Assembly: GCF_965657535.1 (NCBI RefSeq)
Contig: NZ_CBFHOP010000007.1
Span: forward strand, 31,444 to 95,443
DNA length: 64,000 nucleotides
Origin: Hydrogenophaga sp.
GTDB taxonomy: Bacteria; Pseudomonadota; Gammaproteobacteria; Burkholderiales; Burkholderiaceae_C
Direction: 5' to 3'
Under the pieces are notes generated by a model. The model searched no databases and was not told where the DNA came from. It was given only the letters and a program-made list of their open reading frames with translations. Shown here piece by piece: positions 17,473 through 27,113 of this stretch. The first letter of the stretch is position 1; each line of letters starts with the position of its first letter. The position numbers and the translations under genes are program-made.

Positions 17473-19284
17473 TCAAGCCAAGGCTGCGTCGGTATCCATC
17501 AGCACCTTGCTGCCCGCACGTGCCGTGCGCATCAGCGTGGCGGTTTCGGGGAACAACTTGGCAAAGTAAAAACGCGCGGTTTGCAGCTTGGCCAAGTAAA
17601 ACGGGTCGGTCGGCTCGCCCCTTGATGCAGCGGCCGCCATTTCACGCAGCGCCACCTGTGCCATGCGGGCCCAGAAATAGCCAAACACCAGGTGACCTGC
17701 CACGCGCAGGTAGTCCACCGCAGCAGCGCCCACTTCGTCAGCGTTTTGCATGCCCTTGAAGCCCAGTTCCATGGTGAACTTGGTGATCTGTTCACCCAGC
17801 ACCGCAATGGGGTTGATGAACTCGGCCATCTTTTCGTTCACGCCTTCTTCTTGCACCAGCGCGCCCACCAGCTTGCCAAATTTCTTCAGCGTGGCGCCGT
17901 TGTTGCCCAGCACCTTGCGGCCCAGCAGGTCCAGGCTCTGGATGGTGTTGGTGCCTTCGTAAATCATGTTGATGCGGGCGTCGCGCACATGCTGCTCCAT
18001 GCCCCATTCCTTGATGTAGCCATGGCCACCAAACACCTGCTGGCACTGGGTGGCGGCGTTGTAACCGTTGTCGGTCAGGAAGGCTTTGACGATGGGCGTC
18101 AGCAGCGACAGCATTTCGTCGCTGTCTTTGCGCACCTTTTCATCGGGGTGGTTGTGCGCTTTTTCCAGCAACACCGAGCTGTAGATGGCCAGCGCGCGGC
18201 CACCTTCGGCGTAGGCCTTGGCGGTGAGCAGCATGCGGCGCACGTCGGGGTGCACGATGATCGGGTCGGCCGGTTTGTCTTTGGCCTTGGGGCCGGTGAG
18301 GCTGCGCATCTGGATGCGGTCTTTGGCATAGGCCAGGGCGTTTTGGTAGGCCACTTCGGTCAGGCCCAGCGACTGGTTGCCCACGCCCAGACGGGCGGCG
18401 TTCATCATCACAAACATGCCTTGCATGCCCTTGTTGGGCTGGCCCACCAGGGTGCCCACTGCGCCGTCCAGCACAATCTGCGCGGTGGCGTTGCCATGGA
18501 TGCCCATCTTGTGTTCCAGGCCACCGCAATAAATGCCATTGCGCTCGCCCAGCGTGCCGTCCTTGTTCACGTTGAATTTGGGCACGATGAACAGGCTCAC
18601 GCCCTTGATGCCGGGCGGCGCATCGGGCAGGCGAGCCAGCACCAGGTGGATGATGTTGTCGGCCATGTCGTGTTCACCGGCGCTGATGAATATCTTGTTG
18701 CCGGTGAGTTTGTAGGTGCCGTCGGGTTGGGGCTCGGCCTTGGTGCGCATCAGACCCAGGTCGGTGCCGCAATGCGGTTCGGTCAGGCACATGGTGCCGG
18801 TCCATTCACCGCTGGTCATCTTGTGCAGGTAGGTCGCTTTCTGCTCGTCGGTGCCGTGCGTGTGCAGGGAAGCGTAGGCACCGTGCGTCAGGCCGGGGTA
18901 CATGGTCCAGGCCTGGTTGGCCGAGTTCATCATCTCGTACAGGCACTGGTTCACCACCAGCGGCAAGCCTTGGCCGCCATAGGCGGGGTCGCAGCTCAGG
19001 GCCGCCCAACCACCGTCCACGTAAATTTTGTAAGCTTCCTTGAAACCCGTGGGCGTTGTCACCTCGTGGGTGTCGCGGTTGAGCTTGCAGCCCTCGGTGT
19101 CGCCGCTGATGTTGAGCGGGAAAATAACCTGCGAAGCAAACTTGCCCGCCTCTTCCAGCACCGCGTTGATGGTGTCCACATCGGTGTCGGCGTGCTGCGG
19201 CATCGACTTCAGTTCGTCGGTGACGTGCAGCACCTCGTGCATCACAAACTGCATGTCACGCAGGGGTGGGTTGTAGACGGGCAT
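17473..19284 (-). CDS. Long-type acyl-CoA dehydrogenase (~600 aa, with C-terminal extension domain)
   Basis: ACAD N-terminal, middle and C-terminal domain blocks (GWAALSCDPAYGGQGLP, TGTMCLTEPHCGTDLG, QVFGGHGYIKEWGMEQHVRDARINMIYEGTN) plus a ~150-aa C-terminal extension. Confidence 0.9.
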   Translation of the reverse strand: MPVYNPPLRDMQFVMHEVLHVTDELKSMPQHADTDVDTINAVLEEAGKFASQVIFPLNISGDTEGCKLNRDTHEVTTPTGFKEAYKIYVDGGWAALSCDPAYGGQGLPLVVNQCLYEMMNSANQAWTMYPGLTHGAYASLHTHGTDEQKATYLHKMTSGEWTGTMCLTEPHCGTDLGLMRTKAEPQPDGTYKLTGNKIFISAGEHDMADNIIHLVLARLPDAPPGIKGVSLFIVPKFNVNKDGTLGERNGIYCGGLEHKMGIHGNATAQIVLDGAVGTLVGQPNKGMQGMFVMMNAARLGVGNQSLGLTEVAYQNALAYAKDRIQMRSLTGPKAKDKPADPIIVHPDVRRMLLTAKAYAEGGRALAIYSSVLLEKAHNHPDEKVRKDSDEMLSLLTPIVKAFLTDNGYNAATQCQQVFGGHGYIKEWGMEQHVRDARINMIYEGTNTIQSLDLLGRKVLGNNGATLKKFGKLVGALVQEEGVNEKMAEFINPIAVLGEQITKFTMELGFKGMQNADEVGAAAVDYLRVAGHLVFGYFWARMAQVALREMAAAASRGEPTDPFYLAKLQTARFYFAKLFPETATLMRTARAGSKVLMDTDAALA

Positions 19285-19322
19285 GGAAAATCTCCTGAAG
19301 TGGGTTTGTGAGAGAAAAAAGA

Positions 19323-20033
19323 TCAGGCGGCGCCTGGTTGGGGTGTGCGAGCGGTACGAGGAGTTCGAGGGGTGCTGGTCATGGCGGCGGGTGCGCTGAA
19401 GCGCCCCACAATGCCTTCGAAGGCTTTAACGGCACGGCGCAACGAGTCGGGGCTGCGCAAAAAGCGGGCCTCGTAGTGCAGCGCCAAAATGAGAGCGTGG
19501 ATTTCAAAAGCCATCTGGTCGGCGTCGGTGTCGGGGTTCAGGTGGCCTTCGGCCACGGCTAGTTCCACCGCCCGGCGCATGGCCGACAACCAGGTGTTGA
19601 CCGAGCTGGCCAGCGCGTCGCGCACAGGGCCCGGGCGGTCGTCAAACTCCACCGCACCACTGATGTAGATGCAGCCCGAGTCAATCTCGACCGAGGTGCG
19701 CTTCATCCAGTTGTCAAACATGGCCCGCAGGCGCGGCAGCCCGCGCGGTGCGGCCATGGCGGGGTAAAAAACCTCCTCTTCAAAGCGCGCGTGGTATTCG
19801 CGCACCACCGAAATCTGCAGCTCTTCACGCGAGCCAAAGTGGGCAAACACGCCCGACTTGCTCATTTGCATGACGTCAGCCAACGCACCGATGGACAGCC
19901 CCTCCAGACCGATCTGCGTGGCCAGGCCCAGCGCAGCCTCGACGATGGCGGCCTTGGTTTGCTGGCCTTTTTGCATGGGTTTGCTGGCAGCGCTGGCGCT
20001 GAGCGAACGGCGGGCAGGGGAAGTGACACGCAT
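19323..20033 (-). CDS. TetR/AcrR-family transcriptional regulator (first gene of the fad operon)
   Basis: TKAAIVEAALGLATQIGLEGLSIGALADVMQMSKSGVFAHFGSREELQ is a TetR HTH. Alternative start at ATG 19976. Confidence 0.85.
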   Translation of the reverse strand: MRVTSPARRSLSASAASKPMQKGQQTKAAIVEAALGLATQIGLEGLSIGALADVMQMSKSGVFAHFGSREELQISVVREYHARFEEEVFYPAMAAPRGLPRLRAMFDNWMKRTSVEIDSGCIYISGAVEFDDRPGPVRDALASSVNTWLSAMRRAVELAVAEGHLNPDTDADQMAFEIHALILALHYEARFLRSPDSLRRAVKAFEGIVGRFSAPAAMTSTPRTPRTARTPQPGAA

Positions 20034-20115
20034 GCGGTGTGAGCGGCAAGGCCGCGTTGGGTGGCAAAAAAAGCAAACCGCGCGATAAATCGAACGGTCG
20101 TGCTATTTTTACCGC

Positions 20116-20151
20116 AAAAAAAGCCCTGCGGTGCAAAACAGGGCATTTTTT
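20116..20151 (-). terminator. Bidirectional-looking Rho-independent terminator downstream of slmA
   Basis: GCCCTG-N10-CAGGGC hairpin (20123-20144) flanked by A7 on one side and ATTTTTT on the other. On the minus strand it is followed by TTTTTTT. Confidence 0.55.
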
Positions 20152-20257
20152 ATGGGGAATTGCGTAGAGCGCCAGCCCTATAACCGCTTGGAAAACCGCA
20201 AACCAAGGGTTAACCCCCGAGTCAAAGCCCACCCAGGACGGCGGTAAAGGCTGACGT

Positions 20258-21031
20258 TCAGAGCCGGCCAGCGGGCAGCAGCAACGACAGGCTGTGCTCC
20301 AGACTTTCGGTGGGCAAGCGCTTGAAGCCGCTGCGAGCAAACCGTTGCAACCGCCCGGCGCAGAACGCGGTGATGACCGAAGCGTCTGCCTGCGCGTCTA
20401 CGGTGGGCGTTGACGTGCCCACCAGCACCGCTGCCTCGCGCAGGTTCTGCCGCAGGGCAGCTTCGATCTTGTCAAAGAACAAATTCATACGCTGCTGCAG
20501 GCGCTCGTTTTCAAACACCAGCGCATCGCCCACCATGACACGCGCCATACCAGGGTTCTTCTCGCCAAATTGCAGCAACAGCGTGACCAAGCGGCGCGCG
20601 CGCAGCAGCGGGTCGGGTTCGCGCTCGCCCAGCTGGTTGATCAGGCCAAACACCGCTTGCTCGATGAATTCGATCAAGCCTTCAAACATTTGCGCCTTGC
20701 TGGCGAAGTGGCGGTACAGGGCCGCCTCGCTCACATCGAGCCGCGCAGCCAGCGCGGCCGTGGTGACGCGTTCGGCACCCGGCTGCTCCAGCATGCTGGC
20801 CAGGGCTTGCAGAATTTGCACCCGGCGCTCACCTGGCTTGGGGCGTTTGCGCCCCGCTGCGCCTTCGGCGGGCTCGGCGGGCTCGTGGCGCTGGGTGTCG
20901 TCAGATGCGGCGGTGGGCATGGGCTCTGAGCCGTTGGGTGTCATGGGCAGTCGGTCCGTTCGTGTTCGGCTGGCGGGCTGCGTTCCCGGCCCGGTGGTTG
21001 TCATCCCCTGCTTGCGTTTTGATTTTCGCAC
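20258..21031 (-). CDS. slmA: Nucleoid occlusion factor SlmA (TetR family)
   Basis: RRVQILQALASMLEQPGAERVTTAALAARLDVSEAALYRHFASKAQMFEGLIEFIE...LLLQFGEKNPGMARVM is collinear with E. coli SlmA (EILQSLALMLES...VSEAALYRHFPSK.RMFDSLIEFIE). The N-terminal ~55 aa are low-complexity, so the true start may be internal. Confidence 0.8.
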   Translation of the reverse strand: MRKSKRKQGMTTTGPGTQPASRTRTDRLPMTPNGSEPMPTAASDDTQRHEPAEPAEGAAGRKRPKPGERRVQILQALASMLEQPGAERVTTAALAARLDVSEAALYRHFASKAQMFEGLIEFIEQAVFGLINQLGEREPDPLLRARRLVTLLLQFGEKNPGMARVMVGDALVFENERLQQRMNLFFDKIEAALRQNLREAAVLVGTSTPTVDAQADASVITAFCAGRLQRFARSGFKRLPTESLEHSLSLLLPAGRL

Positions 21032-21080
21032 AGGGGTTTACGGCCCCTGGCTGCGGGCCGCACGCTGAAAACAACAGCGC

Positions 21081-21986
21081 TCAGTGTGAGCGGATCATGG
21101 TGCCGAAAGGCTCGTTGCCCAGCACCTCCAACAGCAGCGCGTGGGGAACGCGGCCATCAATGATGTGCACCGCGTTCACGCCGCTCTTGGCCGCATCCAG
21201 CGCCCCGGCGATCTTGGGAATCATGCCGCCGCTGATGGTGCCGTCTTCGCAGAGTTCGTCGATGCGGCGCGGCGTCAACTCGGTGAAGAGTTGGCCTTCT
21301 TTGTCGAGCACGCCGCGGATGTTGGTGAGCATGAGGAGCTTTTCGGCCTGCAACACGGTAGCGAGCTTGGCCGCCACCACATCGGCGTTGATGTTGTAGC
21401 TCTCGTTGTGCTCGCCAAAACCAATCGGGCTGACCACAGGAATGAACTGGTCGTCCTGCAAGGCCTTGACCACGCTCGGGTCGATGCTGACGATGTCACC
21501 CACCTGGCCCACGTCGTGCTCCCGGCTGGGGTCTTGCTGATCGGCCAGGCGCAGCTTCTGGGCGCGAATCATGGCTCCGTCGCGCCCGGTCAAGCCCACC
21601 GCCTTGCCACCGGCGGCGTTGATCAGGCCCACAATGTCTTGCTGCACCTGACCGGCCAGCACCCACTCCACCACCTCCATGGTTTCGGCGTCGGTCACGC
21701 GCATGCCCTGAATGAACTCGCCTTTTTTGCCCAGACGCTGCAACAGCGTTTCAATCTGCGGGCCACCGCCGTGCACCACCACCGGGTTGATACCGACCAG
21801 CTTCAAGAGCACCACGTCTTCGGCAAAGTCTTGCTGGAGGGCTGGGTCGGTCATGGCGTTGCCGCCGTACTTGATGACCATGGTTTTGCCGTGGTACTTG
21901 CGGATGTAGGGCAAGGCCTGGGCGAGGATTTCGGCTTTTTCTCGGGGCTGGATGTGGGAGAGGTCGGCGGGTGTGTGGGTGGTCAT
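21081..21986 (-). CDS. argB: Acetylglutamate kinase
   Basis: [12 protein letters not shown]...[10 protein letters not shown]...GMRVTD...VVSPIG...[13 protein letters not shown]...GGMIPK are ArgB signatures. Start at ATG 21986, giving 301 aa. The upstream part of ORF 21081..22073 is not needed. Confidence 0.9.
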   Translation of the reverse strand: MTTHTPADLSHIQPREKAEILAQALPYIRKYHGKTMVIKYGGNAMTDPALQQDFAEDVVLLKLVGINPVVVHGGGPQIETLLQRLGKKGEFIQGMRVTDAETMEVVEWVLAGQVQQDIVGLINAAGGKAVGLTGRDGAMIRAQKLRLADQQDPSREHDVGQVGDIVSIDPSVVKALQDDQFIPVVSPIGFGEHNESYNINADVVAAKLATVLQAEKLLMLTNIRGVLDKEGQLFTELTPRRIDELCEDGTISGGMIPKIAGALDAAKSGVNAVHIIDGRVPHALLLEVLGNEPFGTMIRSH

Positions 21987-22098
21987 TCTTTGCTTTCCGG
22001 CGGGTTGACGTTTGGCAAATTGTAGGCGCCGGTGGAGCGTTTCTTCTCCTGTGGCTTGCCGGGTCTCGGCCAAACCAAGCCTCAGAAAACCACAAATC

Positions 22099-24084
22099 CT
22101 AGAAGTGAATCCCCCGCATCATCTGCTGCATAGCCACCGCCTCCGGCGACAACTGCGGCTTCGCACCCTTCTCGCCCTTGGCCGCCGAAGAATCCGGGAA
22201 CATGCGAAAGCTGGTGTTCATCACGATCTGCGCCACGCGCGGCACAAAGGCGTGCAACACCTGCCCCGTCACACCCAGCCGCGTCGCAATGCGCACCGGC
22301 TTGAAAATACAGGCTTGCGCAATCATGTCGGCCGCTTCTTCGGGCGCCAGCGTGGGCACGTTTTTGTAGATCTGCGTGGGCGCGATCATGGGGGTGCGCA
22401 CCAATGGCATGTTGATGGTGGTGAACGAAATGCCCTGGTCGGCGAACTCGCTGCTCGCACAACGGGTCCAGGCATCCAGCGCCGCCTTGCTGGCCACGTA
22501 GGCGCTGAAGCGCGGTGCGTTGGTCAACACGCCGATGGAGCTGATGTTGACCACATGCCCCTTGCGCTTGGCCACCATGCCCGGCAGCAGGCCCATGGTC
22601 ACACGCAGACAACCGAAGTAGTTGAGCTGCATGGTGCGCTCGTAATCGTGGAAGCGGTCGTAGCTGCCTTCGATCGCGCGGCGGATGGAGCGGCCCGCGT
22701 TGTTGATCAGGAAATCGACCCCACCGTGGTTGGCGATCAGCAGCTGCACGAAACGGTCGGCGTCGGCCATGTCGGCGATGTCGGCCGGATAAGCGATGAA
22801 CTGGTAGCCCTTGTCCTTGGCTTCCTTGCAGGCTTCGTCCAGCTTGTCCTGGTCGCGCCCGCAGATGAGGGTGATGGCGCCGGCCTCGGCGAACTTGTGC
22901 GCTGCGGCCAGGCCAATGCCCGAACTGCCGCCGGTGACCAGCACCACCTTGCCCGCCACGGTGCCCTTCAAGCTGCGGTCGATGTGCAGGTCGGGGTCGA
23001 GGTGGCGCTCCCAATAGTCCCACAGACGCCAGGCGTAGTCCTTGAGGTTGGGGCATTCAATGCCGCTGCCCTTGAGCGCGGCCAGCGTTTCACGGCAGTC
23101 GAAGCGCGTCGGGTAGTTGACGAAATTCATCATGTCCTCGGGCAAGCCGAGGTCCTGCATGATGGCGCGGTAGACGCGGCGCACCGGCGCCAGCGCCATC
23201 AGGCCCTTCTTCACACTCTTGGGAATGAAACCCATCAGCGCGGCGTTGATGAACAGGTTCATCTTGGGCGCGTGCGCGGCCTTGCTCAGGATGTCGAGCA
23301 CATCGCCCACGCGGTACCCCATCGGGTCGACCAGGTGGAAGCACTGGCCGCTGGCGCGCTTGTGGTGGCTGATGTGGTTGAGCGCGTCCACCACGAAGTC
23401 CACCGGCACGATATTGATACGCCCGCCCTCCAGCCCCACGCTGGGCATCCACGGCGGCAAAATCTGGCGCATGCGCTGGATCAGCTTGAAGAAGTAGTAC
23501 GGCCCGTCGATCTTGTCCATCTCGCCGGTGCGGCTGTCGCCCACCACCAGCGCCGGCCGGTACACGCTCCACGGCACCTTGCACTCGGTGCGCACGATCT
23601 TTTCGCTCTCGTGCTTGGTCATGAAATACGGGTGGTCGATGTTCTCGGCCTCATCGAACATGTCTTCGCGGAACACGCCTTCGTACAGGCCGGCTGCAGC
23701 GATGGACGACACATGGTGAAAATGTTTCGCGCCAATAGCCTTGGCCAGTTCCACGGTGCTGCGCGTGCCGTCGATGTTGACAGCGATCTGGCTTTCGGCA
23801 TCCGCCTCCAGGTCGTACATGGCCGCGAGGTGGTAGAAGTGATCGATCTGCCCCTTGAGCGCCTTCACACCGTCGGCGCTCACACCCAGCTTTTTGCTCG
23901 TGAGGTCACCAAACACGGGCACGGCCCGCGCGGCGCTCACGCCCCAGTATTCCCGCAGCGCGGGCACCTTGCCTTCGCTCGCCTGGCGAATCAGAAAGTG
24001 CACCACCGAGCCCTTGCGCTCCAGCAGTTTTTTGACGAGGCGCTTGCCAATGAAGCCGGTGGCTCCGGTGACGAAGTAATGCAT
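22099..24084 (-). CDS. Two-domain reductase: N-terminal thioester-reductase ('male sterility' NAD-binding) domain plus C-terminal classical SDR; fatty acyl-CoA/aldehyde reductase-like, 661 aa
   Basis: [17 protein letters not shown]...HLAAMYDL...[12 protein letters not shown]...YRPALVVG forms the reductase domain. [16 protein letters not shown]...[10 protein letters not shown] forms the SDR domain. AGGAG lies 6 nt upstream of ATG 24084. The size and architecture match, as far as I recall, the ~660-aa Marinobacter fatty acyl-CoA reductase type. Confidence 0.8.
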   Translation of the reverse strand: MHYFVTGATGFIGKRLVKKLLERKGSVVHFLIRQASEGKVPALREYWGVSAARAVPVFGDLTSKKLGVSADGVKALKGQIDHFYHLAAMYDLEADAESQIAVNIDGTRSTVELAKAIGAKHFHHVSSIAAAGLYEGVFREDMFDEAENIDHPYFMTKHESEKIVRTECKVPWSVYRPALVVGDSRTGEMDKIDGPYYFFKLIQRMRQILPPWMPSVGLEGGRINIVPVDFVVDALNHISHHKRASGQCFHLVDPMGYRVGDVLDILSKAAHAPKMNLFINAALMGFIPKSVKKGLMALAPVRRVYRAIMQDLGLPEDMMNFVNYPTRFDCRETLAALKGSGIECPNLKDYAWRLWDYWERHLDPDLHIDRSLKGTVAGKVVLVTGGSSGIGLAAAHKFAEAGAITLICGRDQDKLDEACKEAKDKGYQFIAYPADIADMADADRFVQLLIANHGGVDFLINNAGRSIRRAIEGSYDRFHDYERTMQLNYFGCLRVTMGLLPGMVAKRKGHVVNISSIGVLTNAPRFSAYVASKAALDAWTRCASSEFADQGISFTTINMPLVRTPMIAPTQIYKNVPTLAPEEAADMIAQACIFKPVRIATRLGVTGQVLHAFVPRVAQIVMNTSFRMFPDSSAAKGEKGAKPQLSPEAVAMQQMMRGIHF

Positions 24085-24372
24085 AAAGGCTCCTGATTTC
24101 GGTTTTTGGCGTTCGCGGTACTGAAAAACAACGGCCATTCGACCCAACATTCTTGACCATGAAGGCGGCGGAGCGATTCCGCAATAACCCGCGTGCGCCC
24201 CCGCACCCCACCGTTTTCGGCCGTACACCGACGCGCGCCCAAAGCGCACCGCCGGATCGCGGCTTTAGTTGCGCACCCCTACACAGGCTGGCCGCTGCCG
24301 ACTTACATTGACAACACGTCAAGGGCCAACAGCCCTGCTCACCCGTCATCAACGCATCCCTCGGAGTTCACC

Positions 24373-25005
24373 ATGGTCAAGAAAATTCAGAAATCTGGCA
24401 CCGACAAAAAAGCCGCTGCAGCCAGCTTCAACTCGCCCCTGTCGGGCGCCATCAAAGATTCGGCACAGCAGATCTGGCTGGCGGGTCTGGGCGCTTTTTC
24501 CAAGGCCCAGGAAGAAGGCGGCAAGGCATTTGACTCGCTGGTGAAAGAGGGTCTGTCGATTCAGCGCAAGACACAGGCCGTGGCCGAAGAACGCATTTCC
24601 GAAGCCACCAACCGCGTGAGCAACATGGCCACCGACATCTCCAGCAAAGCCGCCGGCCAGTGGGACAAGCTGGAAAATATTTTTGAAGACCGTGTGGCCA
24701 AGGCGCTGAACAAGCTCGGCGTGCCCTCAGCGCGCGATATTGAGTCGCTGATGGAGCGGATCGACACCCTAAGTGAGGCCGTGCACCGCATGGGCGCAAA
24801 GGCCCCGGCCAAAACGGTAGCCAAGGCACCCGTCAAGGCGACGACCAAACCCGCTGCACGCAAGGTTGCCGTGAAAGCCCCCGCCAAAACGGCCGCAAAA
24901 ACCCCTGCGAAACCGGCCGCGAAGGCGCCAGTGAAAGCCGCAGCCAAAGTGGCCCGCAAGGCCGCACCCCGCAAAGCCGCTGAGCCGGTGGTGGAAGCTG
25001 CCTGA
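24373..25005 (+). CDS. Phasin-family PHA/lipid granule-associated protein with histone H1-like AKP-repeat tail (PhaF-like)
   Basis: SAQQIWLAGLGAFSKAQEEGGKAFDSLVKEG...WDKLENIFEDRVAKALNKLGVPSARDIESLMERIDTL matches the granule-associated phasin family. The C-terminal ~70 aa consist of AKAPAKT/AKAPVKA/AKTPAKPAAKAPVKAAAK repeats. GGAG RBS upstream of ATG 24373. Confidence 0.8.
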   Translation: MVKKIQKSGTDKKAAAASFNSPLSGAIKDSAQQIWLAGLGAFSKAQEEGGKAFDSLVKEGLSIQRKTQAVAEERISEATNRVSNMATDISSKAAGQWDKLENIFEDRVAKALNKLGVPSARDIESLMERIDTLSEAVHRMGAKAPAKTVAKAPVKATTKPAARKVAVKAPAKTAAKTPAKPAAKAPVKAAAKVARKAAPRKAAEPVVEAA

Positions 25006-25040
25006 GCCAACCCGTAGCGGCTTGCCGCAGGATGCAAACA

Positions 25041-25064
25041 GGGGCGCTTGACGCCCCTTTTTTT
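25041..25064 (+). terminator. Rho-independent terminator after the phasin gene
   Basis: GGGGCG-CTTGA-CGCCCC followed by T7. Confidence 0.7.
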
Positions 25065-25126
25065 CGCCCGTTCAACATGCTGCACCGCAGCACTTTTATG
25101 AACACCCGAGGTCTACACTCGAAAGC

Positions 25127-26410
25127 ATGATGCAACCCCGCCAAGCCCCCGCCCGCTCCAACGCGCCTGCTGCGCGCCAGCGCACCACACGGCGTGCGCG
25201 CCCCCGCATTGCGGTGGCCCTGGCGGGCGGCGGGCCGCTGGGTGCCATTTACGAAATCGGTGCGCTGTGCGCCCTGGACGACTGCCTGCAAGGCCTGGAC
25301 TTCAACGCCTGCGACCACTACGTGGGCGTATCGGCCGGGGGCTTCATTGCTGCGGGGCTGGCCAACGGCATGGCGCCGCGCCAACTTTGCGCCCTGTTCA
25401 TTGAAGACCGGCCCAATGAAGAAAATTTCGACCCCTCGTGGTTGCTCAAGCCCGCCTGGGCCGAGTTCGGCCACCGCCTGCAACGCGTGCCAGGGCTGTT
25501 GGGCAGCGCCCTTTGGGCCTGGGGCGTGCAAGGCAAGCCGCTGACCACCGCCTTTGAGCGGCTGGGCGCGGCCTTGCCCACCGGCCTGCTCGACAACGAG
25601 GGCATTCACCAACACATTGAGCGCCTGTTCAGCCGCGAGGGCCGCAGCAACGATTTCCGTCGGTTGCGAGCGCGCCTGACGCTGGTGGCCACCCAGCTTG
25701 ACACCGGCGACGCCGCGCCGTTTGGCCGCCCCGGCTGGGACCATGTGCCCATTTCGCGGGCCATACAGGCCAGCGCCGCTTTGCCCGGGCTGTTCCCGCC
25801 GGTTGCCATTGACGGCAAACACTATGTGGACGGCGCACTCAAGAAAACCCTGCACGCCACCGTGGCGCTGGACGAGGGTGTGGGCCTGCTGCTGTGCCTG
25901 AATCCGCTGGTGCCGTTTCACGCCAGCGAGCACCCGCGCAGCGCCAAACGCATCCCCTCGCTGGTCGACGGCGGCTTGCCTGCGGTGATGAGCCAGACCT
26001 TTCGCTCCATGATCCATTCGCGGCTGGCGCTGGGGCTGAAGCACTACGAACGCGCCTACCCCGAGAGCGACATCGTGCTGATCGAACCCGACCAGCGCGA
26101 CGCGGAGCTGTTTTTTGCCAACACCTTCAGCTACCGCCAGCGCCGCGAAATGGCCGAACACGCGTACCAGCAAACCCGGCAGCTGCTGAGCGAACGCCAG
26201 GCCGAACTGGCACCGAAGCTGGCCCGACACGGCGTGCAAATAGACGCTGTGGCGCTGCACGACCCCGCACGGCACCTGCTGCCGCCGGCGCCACGCAGAG
26301 CCCAGGCGCAGAAGCGGCGAGGCGCATCGGCCACCCTGCGGCTGCACGACACACTGGACACCCTGCAGCACCAGCTCGGGCTGCGCAAACAGCCAACGCG
26401 CAGCCACTGA
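25127..26410 (+). CDS. Patatin-like phospholipase/lipase
   Basis: IAVALAGGGPLGAIYEIGAL (oxyanion G-G-G-x-x-G), GVSAGG (G-x-S-x-G nucleophile) and DGALKKT (catalytic Asp). Confidence 0.85.
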   Translation: MMQPRQAPARSNAPAARQRTTRRARPRIAVALAGGGPLGAIYEIGALCALDDCLQGLDFNACDHYVGVSAGGFIAAGLANGMAPRQLCALFIEDRPNEENFDPSWLLKPAWAEFGHRLQRVPGLLGSALWAWGVQGKPLTTAFERLGAALPTGLLDNEGIHQHIERLFSREGRSNDFRRLRARLTLVATQLDTGDAAPFGRPGWDHVPISRAIQASAALPGLFPPVAIDGKHYVDGALKKTLHATVALDEGVGLLLCLNPLVPFHASEHPRSAKRIPSLVDGGLPAVMSQTFRSMIHSRLALGLKHYERAYPESDIVLIEPDQRDAELFFANTFSYRQRREMAEHAYQQTRQLLSERQAELAPKLARHGVQIDAVALHDPARHLLPPAPRRAQAQKRRGASATLRLHDTLDTLQHQLGLRKQPTRSH

Positions 26411-26433
26411 GCGAGCCAAAGGACACACGACAC

Positions 26434-27093
26434 ATGGTCAAAAAAGCCCCTCGCCGCACCGCCGAGCGCATCTTGGAGGTGACGCTCGAGCTGTTCAACC
26501 GCTTCGGTGAACCCAACGTGTCGACCACGCTGATTTCGGCCGAACTCGGCATCAGCCCCGGCAATCTGTACTACCACTACCCGGCCAAAGACGAGCTCAT
26601 CAACGCCCTGTTTGAGCGCTACGAACGCTCACTGAACGAGCTGCTCAATGCCAGCGATGGTGTGCGCAACGTGGAAGACGCCTGGTTTTTCATGCACTCG
26701 CTGTTTGAAACCATTTGGGCGTACCGCTTTTTGTACCGCGACCTGAACGACCTGCTGTCCAAAAACCGGATGCTGGAAACCCACTTTCAGGCGGTGCTGA
26801 AAAACAAAACCCGGGCCATCCGCGCCCTGCTGGCCGGCATGAGCCGCAGCGGTGCGGTAGACGTTGACGCACGCGAAGTGGAGCCCACAGCCCATTGCAT
26901 GGTGGTGGTGCTGACCTACTGGCTGAGCTTTGAATATGTGCGCGACCCCCGCAACGCGCTGGAAACCGACAACGCGCAGCAAGCGCTGATGCGCGGCGCT
27001 TACCATGTGCTCAACCTGTTGGCCCCCTACCTGGAGACCAGCCAGCGCCAGCACCTGCTGCAGCTCACGGGCGCTTACAACACCCCCACCTGA
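26434..27093 (+). CDS. TetR/AcrR-family transcriptional regulator
   Basis: TAERILEVTLELFNRFGEPNVSTTLISAELGISPGNLYYHYPAKDELI is a TetR HTH. Start at ATG 26434, inside the longer spurious ORF 25894..27093. Confidence 0.85.
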   Translation: MVKKAPRRTAERILEVTLELFNRFGEPNVSTTLISAELGISPGNLYYHYPAKDELINALFERYERSLNELLNASDGVRNVEDAWFFMHSLFETIWAYRFLYRDLNDLLSKNRMLETHFQAVLKNKTRAIRALLAGMSRSGAVDVDAREVEPTAHCMVVVLTYWLSFEYVRDPRNALETDNAQQALMRGAYHVLNLLAPYLETSQRQHLLQLTGAYNTPT

Positions 27094-27113
27094 ACCGGTC
27101 CGCGCCACACACC

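Noticed and set aside
17692-19311. 539-aa + strand ORF
   Set aside because: It is antisense to the acyl-CoA dehydrogenase gene and has shadow-ORF composition.
22012-24096. 694-aa + strand ORF
   Set aside because: It is antisense to the two-domain reductase gene, which has two clean Rossmann/SDR signatures and a strong RBS.
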